DNA of 64,000 nt from an uncultured delta proteobacterium (GTDB lineage Bacteria; Desulfobacterota; Desulfobacteria; Desulfobacterales; JAHEIW01), in NCBI GenBank assembly GCA_963706575.1, contig CAVPNL010000009.1, forward strand, positions 192,001 to 256,000, given 5' to 3'. Positions within the stretch are counted from its first letter, which is position 1. Every line of letters begins with the position of its first letter. The notes beneath the pieces were generated by a model that was not told where the DNA came from, did not search any database, and saw only the letters and a program-made list of their open reading frames with translations. Positions 9,947 to 18,499 of the stretch are shown here, piece by piece. The position numbers were made by a program, and so were the translations under genes.

Positions 9947-11203
9947 GTGGCAGATTCAATCCGCAGCGATCGGTTTATTCCCTTCACCAAATCAGATGTC
10001 ATTGAAATGTGCATGAAAGACGCGCAGCTGACACAAGCAGAAACCGAAGGATTCAGGGATTTCTGTCGAATTTTGGAAGCACTCTTCCATTTTGAATTTC
10101 ATGCCCGCCTGGAAAAACTGAAAACCTGCTATGGGCCGTTTAACCCGGATTCCGATACCCGCCGCATATTCAACACTTCTGAATCGGAAAAAAAGAATTT
10201 ACAAAAACAGCTGGTTTCTGAAATGGCGGCGGTTTTAGATGCGGCTAATTTTGAAAAAGTTACGGCCGAAGATCTGCAACAGGCCCTGGGTGAAGAATCA
10301 TTGTTTCAGATCCGTCTGGAAGTGGACTTTGGCGACTTTGAAGATGTGATATTTTTTCGTCGCGGAAAAACCATTAAAGAAGAAACACTGGTGAAATTAT
10401 TCGGCCTTTCGAAGAAAACATTTCAATTTACCAATTACGAACGGGTCGCCATTTACATCAAATTTAAAGAAAAGCCCTATTTTGACAGCCAAAAACGCAA
10501 AAACCTTTATTTTGAGCCCGGCTCAACCATCATCAAGCTTTTTCATAATGTTCCCAAGGCCGATCTGGAAATGCTCTTTCCAAACAGCAAAGTGCGCATG
10601 AAAACCATCGATAAGATCATCATCGGTGTCCCGGCGGCGGTCAGCGGGGCGATTGTGCTGGTGACCAAATTGGGCGCATCTCTTCTTTTGGTTGGTTCGG
10701 TCATCTCCTTCTGGCTGGGATTAAAGGATCAAGAGGTTCAAATCAAACAGCAGCATCTTATTGCCCTGGGTGCCGGATTGGGCACCCTGGGCGGTTTTCT
10801 GTTCAGACAGATCAACAAATATAAGAATCGTAAAATAAAGTTTATGAAAGCCCTTTCAGATAATCTGTATTTCAAGAACCTTGACAACAACGCAGGGGTA
10901 TTTTACCACCTGATTGATGCCGCCGAAGAAGAGGAGTTTAAGGAAGCGGTCCTGGCTTATTATTTTTTGCTGACCGCGAAGGAGGCGCTGACCAAAAAAG
11001 AGCTCGATGACCGCATCGAAAACTGGCTGGCCGAACGCTGGGACTGCCATATTGATTTTGAAATCGGAGATGCAATTGATAAATTGCAGCGTCTGGAATT
11101 GATTGAAGTTGACGCCGATCATCTCCGCTGTGTCCCGCTCAACCGCGCCAAGCAACAACTCGATGCAATCTGGGATAATTTTTTTAAATACAGCAAAAAG
11201 TGA
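9947..11203 (+). CDS. DUF3754 / TMEM143 family membrane protein
   Basis: RFIPF start, KLFHNVPKADLEMLFP, LYFKNLDNNAGV, EEEEFKEAVLAYYFL. Confidence 0.85.
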   Translation: MADSIRSDRFIPFTKSDVIEMCMKDAQLTQAETEGFRDFCRILEALFHFEFHARLEKLKTCYGPFNPDSDTRRIFNTSESEKKNLQKQLVSEMAAVLDAANFEKVTAEDLQQALGEESLFQIRLEVDFGDFEDVIFFRRGKTIKEETLVKLFGLSKKTFQFTNYERVAIYIKFKEKPYFDSQKRKNLYFEPGSTIIKLFHNVPKADLEMLFPNSKVRMKTIDKIIIGVPAAVSGAIVLVTKLGASLLLVGSVISFWLGLKDQEVQIKQQHLIALGAGLGTLGGFLFRQINKYKNRKIKFMKALSDNLYFKNLDNNAGVFYHLIDAAEEEEFKEAVLAYYFLLTAKEALTKKELDDRIENWLAERWDCHIDFEIGDAIDKLQRLELIEVDADHLRCVPLNRAKQQLDAIWDNFFKYSKK

Positions 11204-11330
11204 GCTAAAGTGATCTAAAATGCCTAAAGTGCCTAAAATTGTGGAATTCTATCATTTAATTTTAAAAGAGGGAGCAAAGCGATTCCTTAACTTTAGGCAT
11301 TTTAGGCAATTTAGATCATTTTAGGCATTT
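11198..11330. repeat. Tandem-repeat palindrome, CTAAAGTG family (inverted orientation)
   Basis: (tgmctaaar)n ... (ytttagkca)n; includes the TGA of the DUF3754 gene. Confidence 0.85.
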
Positions 11331-11359
11331 CTTTTGTCCTTTAAATTGGGAGGATAACA

Positions 11360-13813
11360 ATGAGCGAATATGAAAAACTCGGAGCGTTTTATCTGGGCAA
11401 AGAATATGATATGGCGTCGCGCAAGCGCCAAGAGGGTCTCTTATTGTATGATTCAAAAGACCTGACGACCCATGGGGTGATCATCGGCATGACCGGCAGC
11501 GGCAAGACCGGCCTGGGTATCGCGCTTTTGGAAGAGGCGCTGATCGATAATATACCGATCATCGCCATCGACCCCAAGGGCGATTTAACCAACCTGATGC
11601 TCAACTTTCCGCTACTGCGGGCGGAGGATTTCCGTCCGTGGATAAACGAGCAAGACGCTCTGGTCGCCGGATTGTCGCCGGATCAGTTTGCAGCCCAACA
11701 GGCGGAGCTGTGGCGCAAGGGCCTGGGTGGTTGGGGGCAGGAGCCTGAGCGCATCGCCCGATTACAGGCCGCCGCCGACTTTGCCGTCTACACGCCGGGA
11801 AGCAGTGCCGGTTTGCCGGTCAGTGTGCTGCGGAGCTTTGCGCCGCCGCCACCCGGGATTGCACAGGATGTGGAGTTGCTGCGTGAGCGCATCCAGACCA
11901 CCGCCACCAGTCTGCTGGCTCTGCTGGGCATAGAAGCAGACCCGATCACCAGCCGCGAGCATATTCTGCTTTCCAACATTCTGGAATCCGCCTGGGCGGC
12001 CGGCCGCGCGCTTGATCTTGCCGGATTGATCCGGGCCATTCAAACGCCTCCGTTCGAGCGCATCGGTGTGATGGACCTGGATTCATTTTATCCGGCCAAG
12101 GAACGGTTTCAATTGGCCATGCGCTTGAACAACTTGCTGGCGGCTCCCGGTTTTGAAGCCTGGCTTGAGGGCGAGCCGCTCAACATCAACCGCATGCTCT
12201 TTACCGACAGTGGCAAACCCAAAGCCTCCATTTTTACCATCAGCCACCTCGCGGATGCCGAGCGCATGTTTTTTGTTGCCATGTTGCTGAATGAAATACT
12301 GGCCTGGATGCGCACCCAGGCGGGGACTTCCAGCCTGCGCGCCATTCTGTATATGGATGAGATTTTTGGCTATTTTCCACCGGTTAAAAACCCACCATCC
12401 AAAGCCCCGCTTCTAACGCTGCTCAAGCAGGCCAGAGCTTTCGGCTTGGGGGTGGTGCTATCCACCCAAAATCCGGTTGACCTGGATTATAAAGGACTAT
12501 CGAACACCGGATCCTGGTTCATCGGCCGACTCCAGACTGAGCGCGACAAGGAGCGGGTGCTGGAGGGGCTTGAGGGGGCTGCGGCCGGCACCGGATTTGA
12601 CCGGGGCCGGATGGAAGAGATTTTAGCCGGTCTGGGGAAACGCGTATTTTTACTCAATAACGTCAATGAAAACGCGCCGGTTACATTTGAGACCCGCTGG
12701 GTGCTCTCATATCTGCGCGGTCCCCTGACCCGCGAACAGATCAAAGTTTTAGTGGCTGAAAAAAAATCCCAGCAGACACCGGTGGCTGCACCGGCCCAAA
12801 CGGCTGCTGCCGGCTTGCCGACCCCATCTGCCGTTCAAGCCTCAGGTGTTCAGGCCCCTTCAGCCATTTCAGAACCGCCGGTGGTCGCGCCCCAAATCAA
12901 GGTCATGTACCTGGCCGCATCCGGCGCCGGTCAGGGTCTTGTGTATTACCCGGCAGCTGCCGGCTGGCTGGATGTTCACTATTCCTCAGCAAAGTACAAG
13001 GTCGATTCTACCGAAAAAGTGTCGCTTGCCGCCATGCTCGAGGACGGACCCGTGGCGCTGGATTGGGACCAGGCCGATGAAATCGGACTGTCTACCGACG
13101 AAATTCATACTTCACCCCTGCCCGGTGCAAGTTTTGCCGATTTGCCGTCTGCCGCAAAAAAGCCGGAATCCTACAGCAAATGGAACAAGGATCTGTTGCG
13201 CTGGGTGCGGCAAAGCCGTTCTTTGAACCTCTATCAATCCAAGCGGTTTAAATTAACCAGCAGTCCTGCAGAATCCAAAAGCGAGTTTTTAGCACGATTA
13301 AGCCAGACTGCACGCGAAGAGCGTGACTTGGAAGTCGAGAAGTTGCGCCGCAAATACAGTTCCAAATTTGATACCTTGCAAAACCGTCTGATGCGCGCTG
13401 AACAAGCCGTTCAACGTGAGCAGGAGCAGGTCACATCCAAAAAAATGGAAACCGTGGTTTCTTTCGGTACAGCGATTCTGGGCGCATTTCTGGGCCGCAA
13501 GGCGGTCAGCACCAGCTCGGCCACCCGCTTCGGTACCGCCGTGAAGTCGGCCGGCCGCATGCGCAAAGAAAGCATGGATGTCGCCCGGGCCCAGGAGACG
13601 GCCAGCGCGGTTAAACAGGAGATGGCGGAACTCGACCAGCGCCTCCAGGCCGACATTGCAAATCTGGAGGCTTCCTTTGATCCAGGTACGGAAAAATTAG
13701 AAGAAGTTATGGTGAAACCGAAAAGCACCGACATCACGCTGGAAGTCTTCGGTCTCACCTGGATGCCCTATCGCAAAGGGGCCGACGGACGGCTATCTCC
13801 GGATTGGCAGTAG
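11360..13813 (+). CDS. HerA/FtsK-superfamily P-loop ATPase with C-terminal coiled coil
   Basis: Walker A GMTGSGKT, IDPKGD, Walker B YMDEIFG, KQARAFG, TQNPVDLDYKG. Confidence 0.85.
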   Translation: MSEYEKLGAFYLGKEYDMASRKRQEGLLLYDSKDLTTHGVIIGMTGSGKTGLGIALLEEALIDNIPIIAIDPKGDLTNLMLNFPLLRAEDFRPWINEQDALVAGLSPDQFAAQQAELWRKGLGGWGQEPERIARLQAAADFAVYTPGSSAGLPVSVLRSFAPPPPGIAQDVELLRERIQTTATSLLALLGIEADPITSREHILLSNILESAWAAGRALDLAGLIRAIQTPPFERIGVMDLDSFYPAKERFQLAMRLNNLLAAPGFEAWLEGEPLNINRMLFTDSGKPKASIFTISHLADAERMFFVAMLLNEILAWMRTQAGTSSLRAILYMDEIFGYFPPVKNPPSKAPLLTLLKQARAFGLGVVLSTQNPVDLDYKGLSNTGSWFIGRLQTERDKERVLEGLEGAAAGTGFDRGRMEEILAGLGKRVFLLNNVNENAPVTFETRWVLSYLRGPLTREQIKVLVAEKKSQQTPVAAPAQTAAAGLPTPSAVQASGVQAPSAISEPPVVAPQIKVMYLAASGAGQGLVYYPAAAGWLDVHYSSAKYKVDSTEKVSLAAMLEDGPVALDWDQADEIGLSTDEIHTSPLPGASFADLPSAAKKPESYSKWNKDLLRWVRQSRSLNLYQSKRFKLTSSPAESKSEFLARLSQTAREERDLEVEKLRRKYSSKFDTLQNRLMRAEQAVQREQEQVTSKKMETVVSFGTAILGAFLGRKAVSTSSATRFGTAVKSAGRMRKESMDVARAQETASAVKQEMAELDQRLQADIANLEASFDPGTEKLEEVMVKPKSTDITLEVFGLTWMPYRKGADGRLSPDWQ

Positions 13814-13822
13814 TTAAAAGAT

Positions 13823-13989
13823 AAGTGACTAAAGTTAGAAGTGATCTAAAGTGCCTAGAGTGTCTAAAATTAAAGTCTCGCTTTGCTCCATCATTAAAAA
13901 TAGAAATGATCGTTCGACCCTGAGGCTCTCGACGGGCAGAATTCCTCAACTTTAGTCACTTTAGCTCATTTTAGTCATTTTAGGCACTT
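13823..13989. repeat. Tandem-repeat palindrome, CTAAAGTG family
   Basis: Same arms; internal tcgctttgctccatc and cagaattcctcaac motifs. Confidence 0.85.
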
Positions 13990-14085
13990 TCTTTTACCTT
14001 AAACCTTCCTTGCAAAATATCCTCGCTAAATGTATGGCTTAGCATCTTTTTTACCACATCGTCTTTTTATTGTTAGCGAGGCAAA

Positions 14086-15489
14086 ATGCGGCAGCGGAAT
14101 CCCGATGTTAAAGAAAATAAACCCTACCGGCAGGTCCTGCGGGTCAGTTTGCCGCTGGTGATCAGTATGTCTTCGACGATGATCATGGAGTTTACCGACC
14201 GGGTTTTTCTTGCGAATTATTCGCTGGATGCCATTGCCGCTGCGCTGCCGGCGGGCATCACCGCCTTTTTATTTATTTCATTTTTTCTGGGCACTGCTCA
14301 ATATTTAAATGTCTTTGTGGCCCAATATAGCGGCTCCGGCAGACCGCAGCGGGTCGGTGCGGTCCTGTGGCAGGGGATTTATTTCTCCGCTCTTTCCGGA
14401 GTGGCGCTGGCCGGTCTGAGTTTTTTGGCTGAGCCGCTCTTTCGACTCGGCGGACATCCGATCGAAGTGCAGGTGCTGGAGGCGGTTTATTTCAAAGTCC
14501 TTTGCCTGGGTTCAGGAATCCTGATTGTTGGAACGGCACTGTCCTGCTTTTTTAGTGGACGGGGCCAGACGCGGCTGGTGATGATCATCAGTATGATCGG
14601 AACCCTTTTCAATATCCCGTTGGACTATGCCTTGATCAATGGCATCTGGATTTTTCCGGAATGGGGGATCCTGGGGGCTGCAATTGCCACCGTTATGTCG
14701 TGGTTGCTGGTTACGCTTATTTTTGCGCTGCTGGTTTTTACCAGGGAAAATGACCGCGCCTTTAAAGTATTAACGCATCGTAAGTTTGAAGCCGATCTTT
14801 TTGGCCGTCTCATGCGATATGGCATCCCCAGTGCAATTCAGTTTAGCCTGGATATTTTCGCATTTACCTTCTTTATCTTTATGGTGGGACGTATCGGCAA
14901 GATCCAGCTGGCGGCCACCAATATGGTGTTTTCAATAAATTCATTGGCCTTTATGCCGATGATGGGGTTTTCACTGGGTACCAGTACGCTGGTGGGACAG
15001 GCCCTGGGCCGCAACCGGGTCGATGATGCGATTGCCGCCACTAAAGCAACGATTCATATTGTGTTAGGCTATATTTTTATTTTGCTGATTCTTTTTTTAT
15101 TTCTTCCTCACCCCCTGCTTGAGCTTTTCAGACCCCGTCATCTGGCGCCGGAAAATTTTACTCCCATCATTGCAATCGGAATCGTACTTCTGCGGTTTGT
15201 GGCAGCTTATATATTTTTTGATGCCCTGTACATGGTCTGCATCGGTGTGCTCAAAGGCGCCGGAGATACCCGCTTTATCATGTGCAGTATCGGTGTGCTT
15301 TCATTGGCCATCATGATCCTGCCGGTTTACATCGGCGTGGAAGTGTTTGGCGCCGGGCTATATTATGCCTGGAGTTGTGCCACCGGTTTTGTCTTTTGCT
15401 TATTTGCCGTTTCTTTTTGGCGTTATCGTCAAGGACGCTGGAAAGCTGTGCGTGTAATCGAACAAGCGACTAAAGCCTCGGTGGATTAA
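14086..15489 (+). CDS. MATE family efflux transporter
   Basis: About 12 hydrophobic segments, TDRVFL, NIPLDYALI, LKGAGDT. Confidence 0.9.
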   Translation: MRQRNPDVKENKPYRQVLRVSLPLVISMSSTMIMEFTDRVFLANYSLDAIAAALPAGITAFLFISFFLGTAQYLNVFVAQYSGSGRPQRVGAVLWQGIYFSALSGVALAGLSFLAEPLFRLGGHPIEVQVLEAVYFKVLCLGSGILIVGTALSCFFSGRGQTRLVMIISMIGTLFNIPLDYALINGIWIFPEWGILGAAIATVMSWLLVTLIFALLVFTRENDRAFKVLTHRKFEADLFGRLMRYGIPSAIQFSLDIFAFTFFIFMVGRIGKIQLAATNMVFSINSLAFMPMMGFSLGTSTLVGQALGRNRVDDAIAATKATIHIVLGYIFILLILFLFLPHPLLELFRPRHLAPENFTPIIAIGIVLLRFVAAYIFFDALYMVCIGVLKGAGDTRFIMCSIGVLSLAIMILPVYIGVEVFGAGLYYAWSCATGFVFCLFAVSFWRYRQGRWKAVRVIEQATKASVD

Positions 15490-15639
15490 ATGCCGGCGGA
15501 CAATCGACAATATTCATCTCTGCGACATTTGGTTTTTCTTCATTTCACTATTTTTCTTTTGACAGATAATTTGCTTTTCCTTACAATATCTTCTGCGCTG
15601 CAGAGTTTGGCCAGGGCACCATCCTTTATATTTCAGATT

Positions 15640-17673
15640 ATGCAAAAACTAAACATAATCGCCAACAAATCATTACCCGCCTTCCTATTGCTGTTTCTTT
15701 TTTCCTTGTTAATGATGACCGGGTGCGGTGGTTCAAATATCAAGATGCCGCAACCGTTGCCATCTGCTGTTAGAGAATACCGGCATGTTAAGCTTCATGG
15801 CGGTCATGTTGGCATGAAAGACACGGATATATATCTGCTAACCGGGGATATGTATTCCATTTTCGCCACCGGCAGAATTGATTATGCGCCCAAAGCCGGC
15901 GCCCCATCCCAATATAACAATGTGCGGCCGGAACTGGGCTGGCCTTTAATGTTGAGAGTCGGCGAATACAGACGGTTTTCTCCTCTTTTCGGCCAAAATG
16001 GAACTACTACGATAAGTTACAAATCCGGAAAGCTTTATGTAGGGTATCAATCAGGGCAGGTGGACGCGTTAGGCAACCCGCGTAACCCAGAATATTATAA
16101 GGATGACCAGGGCGCTTTTCATATTGATATTATTGTGTGGCAAAAATCGGATTGGATTCAAATCAGAGATGCTCTTGCTGACATGAAAAACGCGGACCCC
16201 GCCAGCAAGCCCATTGCCGACGCATTTGCGGAAGCTGAAAAATATGCCGCTTATGCGGAAGCAGAGAATAAAGCGTCCGAAGAAATTGCGAAAACCGAAA
16301 AGCAGATTGCCGATTTGAAAAAAGAAACGACAGAAAATCAAAAACAAGTGAAAAGTGCTTCTGAAATTAAATCCTCTTCACCACCAAAAGCGTCAACAAA
16401 GGTTTTGTCCAGCACCGAGAAAGTGACCCAGCTGGAAGCACGCCTGGCAAAACTTTATGAAACTCAAGCCCAGCTTGAAGCAATGAAGAAAGAGCTGGTG
16501 GAAGAAAAACAGAAGTCCAGCCTGCTCACTGAAGAGCTGGAGGAAAAAGAAAAGAGAGAACAGCAGCTGTTAACCGAGCTGGCTCAAGGAACCAAGACGG
16601 CACCGGTAATCGTGATTGCTTCTCCAAAAGACGGCGGTACGGTAAACACCAAAACGGTTGATGTTTCAGGTGTTGTCGAAGATTCACAGGGTATCGAGGA
16701 AGTTGCCATATTCATAAACTCCAGGCCTTTGGAGGAAAAAGCCGGACGCGGTTTTCGCATATCAGAAAAAACGCCTGCCAGGCGACTCGAATTTGCTGAA
16801 CGGATCCCTCTCGATTCCGGTGAAAACATCATCAAAATTCGAGCCGTCGATACACAAGGCTTTGTATCCGAGAAGAAAATAGCCGTAAAATATGCTGAAA
16901 TACGAAAAAATTTTTGGGCGGTGGTGATTGGAATTAACGATTACCCCAATGCTCCCCAATTGAAATGGGCTGTCAATGATGCACGCGCTTTTTATAACCA
17001 CCTGATCGATTTTATAAAAATACCCGAAGACAATGTGATCCTACTTTTAAACCAGGATGCAAATTTAACGCAGCTGCGCAGTATGCTGGGCACTTATTTA
17101 AAACAGAAAGCCGGCCGGGAAGATATGGTCATTATCTATTTTGCCGGCCACGGTGCCACCGAGAAAGATATGATCAGTCCGGATGGAGATGGCCTGGAAA
17201 AGTATCTTTTGCCGTATGATGCCGACCCAAAAGATCTTTATGCATCGGCGCTCCCGATGAGAGAAATATCTCATATTTTTTATCGCATCCAATCAGAGCG
17301 CTTAATTTTTATTGCTGATTCTTGTTACAGCGGCACCACCGGAGGGCGAACAATTCGTCAGGGCGGCGTTCGTGCCAATATTTCAGATGCCTTTTTAGAT
17401 CGAATTTCAAGCGGCAAGGGCCGAATTATTTTAACCGCCAGCGGTGCAAATGAGGTCAGTGCCGAAGATGACGAGCTGCAGCACGGGATATTCACCTATT
17501 ACCTCTTAAAAGGCTTAAAAGGGCCGGCAGACGCAGATAAGGACGGATTGGTCAGCGTGGATGAAGCGTATCGCTATGTTACCGCTCACGTACCGCGGGC
17601 GACCGGCCAGGAACAACATCCTGTCAAAAAAGGGACGGTTGAAGGGCGTTTGATTTTAAGTATCATTCCCTGA
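15640..17673 (+). CDS. Lipoprotein caspase/metacaspase (peptidase C14) with N-terminal lectin-like domain, coiled coil and Ig-like domain
   Basis: Lipobox MTGC; AVVIGINDY, YFAGHG, IADSCYSG dyad, HGIFT. Confidence 0.85.
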   Translation: MQKLNIIANKSLPAFLLLFLFSLLMMTGCGGSNIKMPQPLPSAVREYRHVKLHGGHVGMKDTDIYLLTGDMYSIFATGRIDYAPKAGAPSQYNNVRPELGWPLMLRVGEYRRFSPLFGQNGTTTISYKSGKLYVGYQSGQVDALGNPRNPEYYKDDQGAFHIDIIVWQKSDWIQIRDALADMKNADPASKPIADAFAEAEKYAAYAEAENKASEEIAKTEKQIADLKKETTENQKQVKSASEIKSSSPPKASTKVLSSTEKVTQLEARLAKLYETQAQLEAMKKELVEEKQKSSLLTEELEEKEKREQQLLTELAQGTKTAPVIVIASPKDGGTVNTKTVDVSGVVEDSQGIEEVAIFINSRPLEEKAGRGFRISEKTPARRLEFAERIPLDSGENIIKIRAVDTQGFVSEKKIAVKYAEIRKNFWAVVIGINDYPNAPQLKWAVNDARAFYNHLIDFIKIPEDNVILLLNQDANLTQLRSMLGTYLKQKAGREDMVIIYFAGHGATEKDMISPDGDGLEKYLLPYDADPKDLYASALPMREISHIFYRIQSERLIFIADSCYSGTTGGRTIRQGGVRANISDAFLDRISSGKGRIILTASGANEVSAEDDELQHGIFTYYLLKGLKGPADADKDGLVSVDEAYRYVTAHVPRATGQEQHPVKKGTVEGRLILSIIP

Positions 17674-17794
17674 TGTTTACGGGGTATATGAACAGGTCAA
17701 CCAACCGTTAACGGGTTGACACCAAACTTTGTTTTTGCAATGCTCTATAATGCGAAAGCGGATTATTGTCTTTCGGTGGCAGGAGGTTAAAAAA

Positions 17795-18499
17795 ATGCAT
17801 CCAACCCGCATAATTGGTTTTGTTCTCACACTGGTTCTCCTTAGTTCTGGCGTTTTCGTTATACCGCATTTTGCGGTGGCGCAGGAGGCAACTTCACAGT
17901 CAGACGCCAACGTTAAATTTCAGTGGGCTTTCGGTGCGCTGAAAAAGGCAAATGGGTCCAAGTTTGAAGCCGTTGCCAAAGACACTGATCTTAAAACCGG
18001 CGATCAAATCAAGTTTTTTTTAAAAGTCAACAAAAACTGCTTTGTTTATCTTATCTATCGCAGCTCCCAGGGCGAGCTCAGCGTTTTATTTCCGCAGCGC
18101 TTTAAACTGCTGAGCGCTGAATATACCGTTTCGGGGGATCACTATATCCCCAAAGGCGATGAGTGGTTCGAACTGGATGAACACACCGGAGAAGAACGCT
18201 TTTATCTGCTCGCTTCCGTTGAGCGTCTGGTTGAGCTGGAGACCCTCATTAACGATTATGAAAGTGCCGATGCCGCTAAAAAACCGCCACGGGCGAAGAA
18301 GATACTTTCCGAAATTCGTAAATTAAGAAAACAGCACCTGAAATTTAAAACCTATGCCGAGCGGCCGGTCAACATCATTGGAAATTTGCGTGGTACCGAA
18401 AAGGCCGAGACGGCTGGGGCTCACGACATTGCCAAATTTGCCGTAGAGATTTCAGCCGATACGTTTTATAGCAGGACCTTTACGATTGACCACCAGTAA
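17795..18499 (+). CDS. Secreted DUF4384-domain protein
   Basis: Signal peptide (AVA-Q); LKTGDQIKF, VYLI..SSQGELSVLFP, LDEHTGEE; GGAGG RBS. Confidence 0.8.
   Translation: MHPTRIIGFVLTLVLLSSGVFVIPHFAVAQEATSQSDANVKFQWAFGALKKANGSKFEAVAKDTDLKTGDQIKFFLKVNKNCFVYLIYRSSQGELSVLFPQRFKLLSAEYTVSGDHYIPKGDEWFELDEHTGEERFYLLASVERLVELETLINDYESADAAKKPPRAKKILSEIRKLRKQHLKFKTYAERPVNIIGNLRGTEKAETAGAHDIAKFAVEISADTFYSRTFTIDHQ

Noticed and set aside
11198..13989. Short repeat arrays near the HerA-like ATPase as a CRISPR array or defence locus
   Set aside because: Units are 9-10 bp, degenerate and lack unique spacers; no cas or nuclease genes are present; the same repeats occur next to housekeeping genes.
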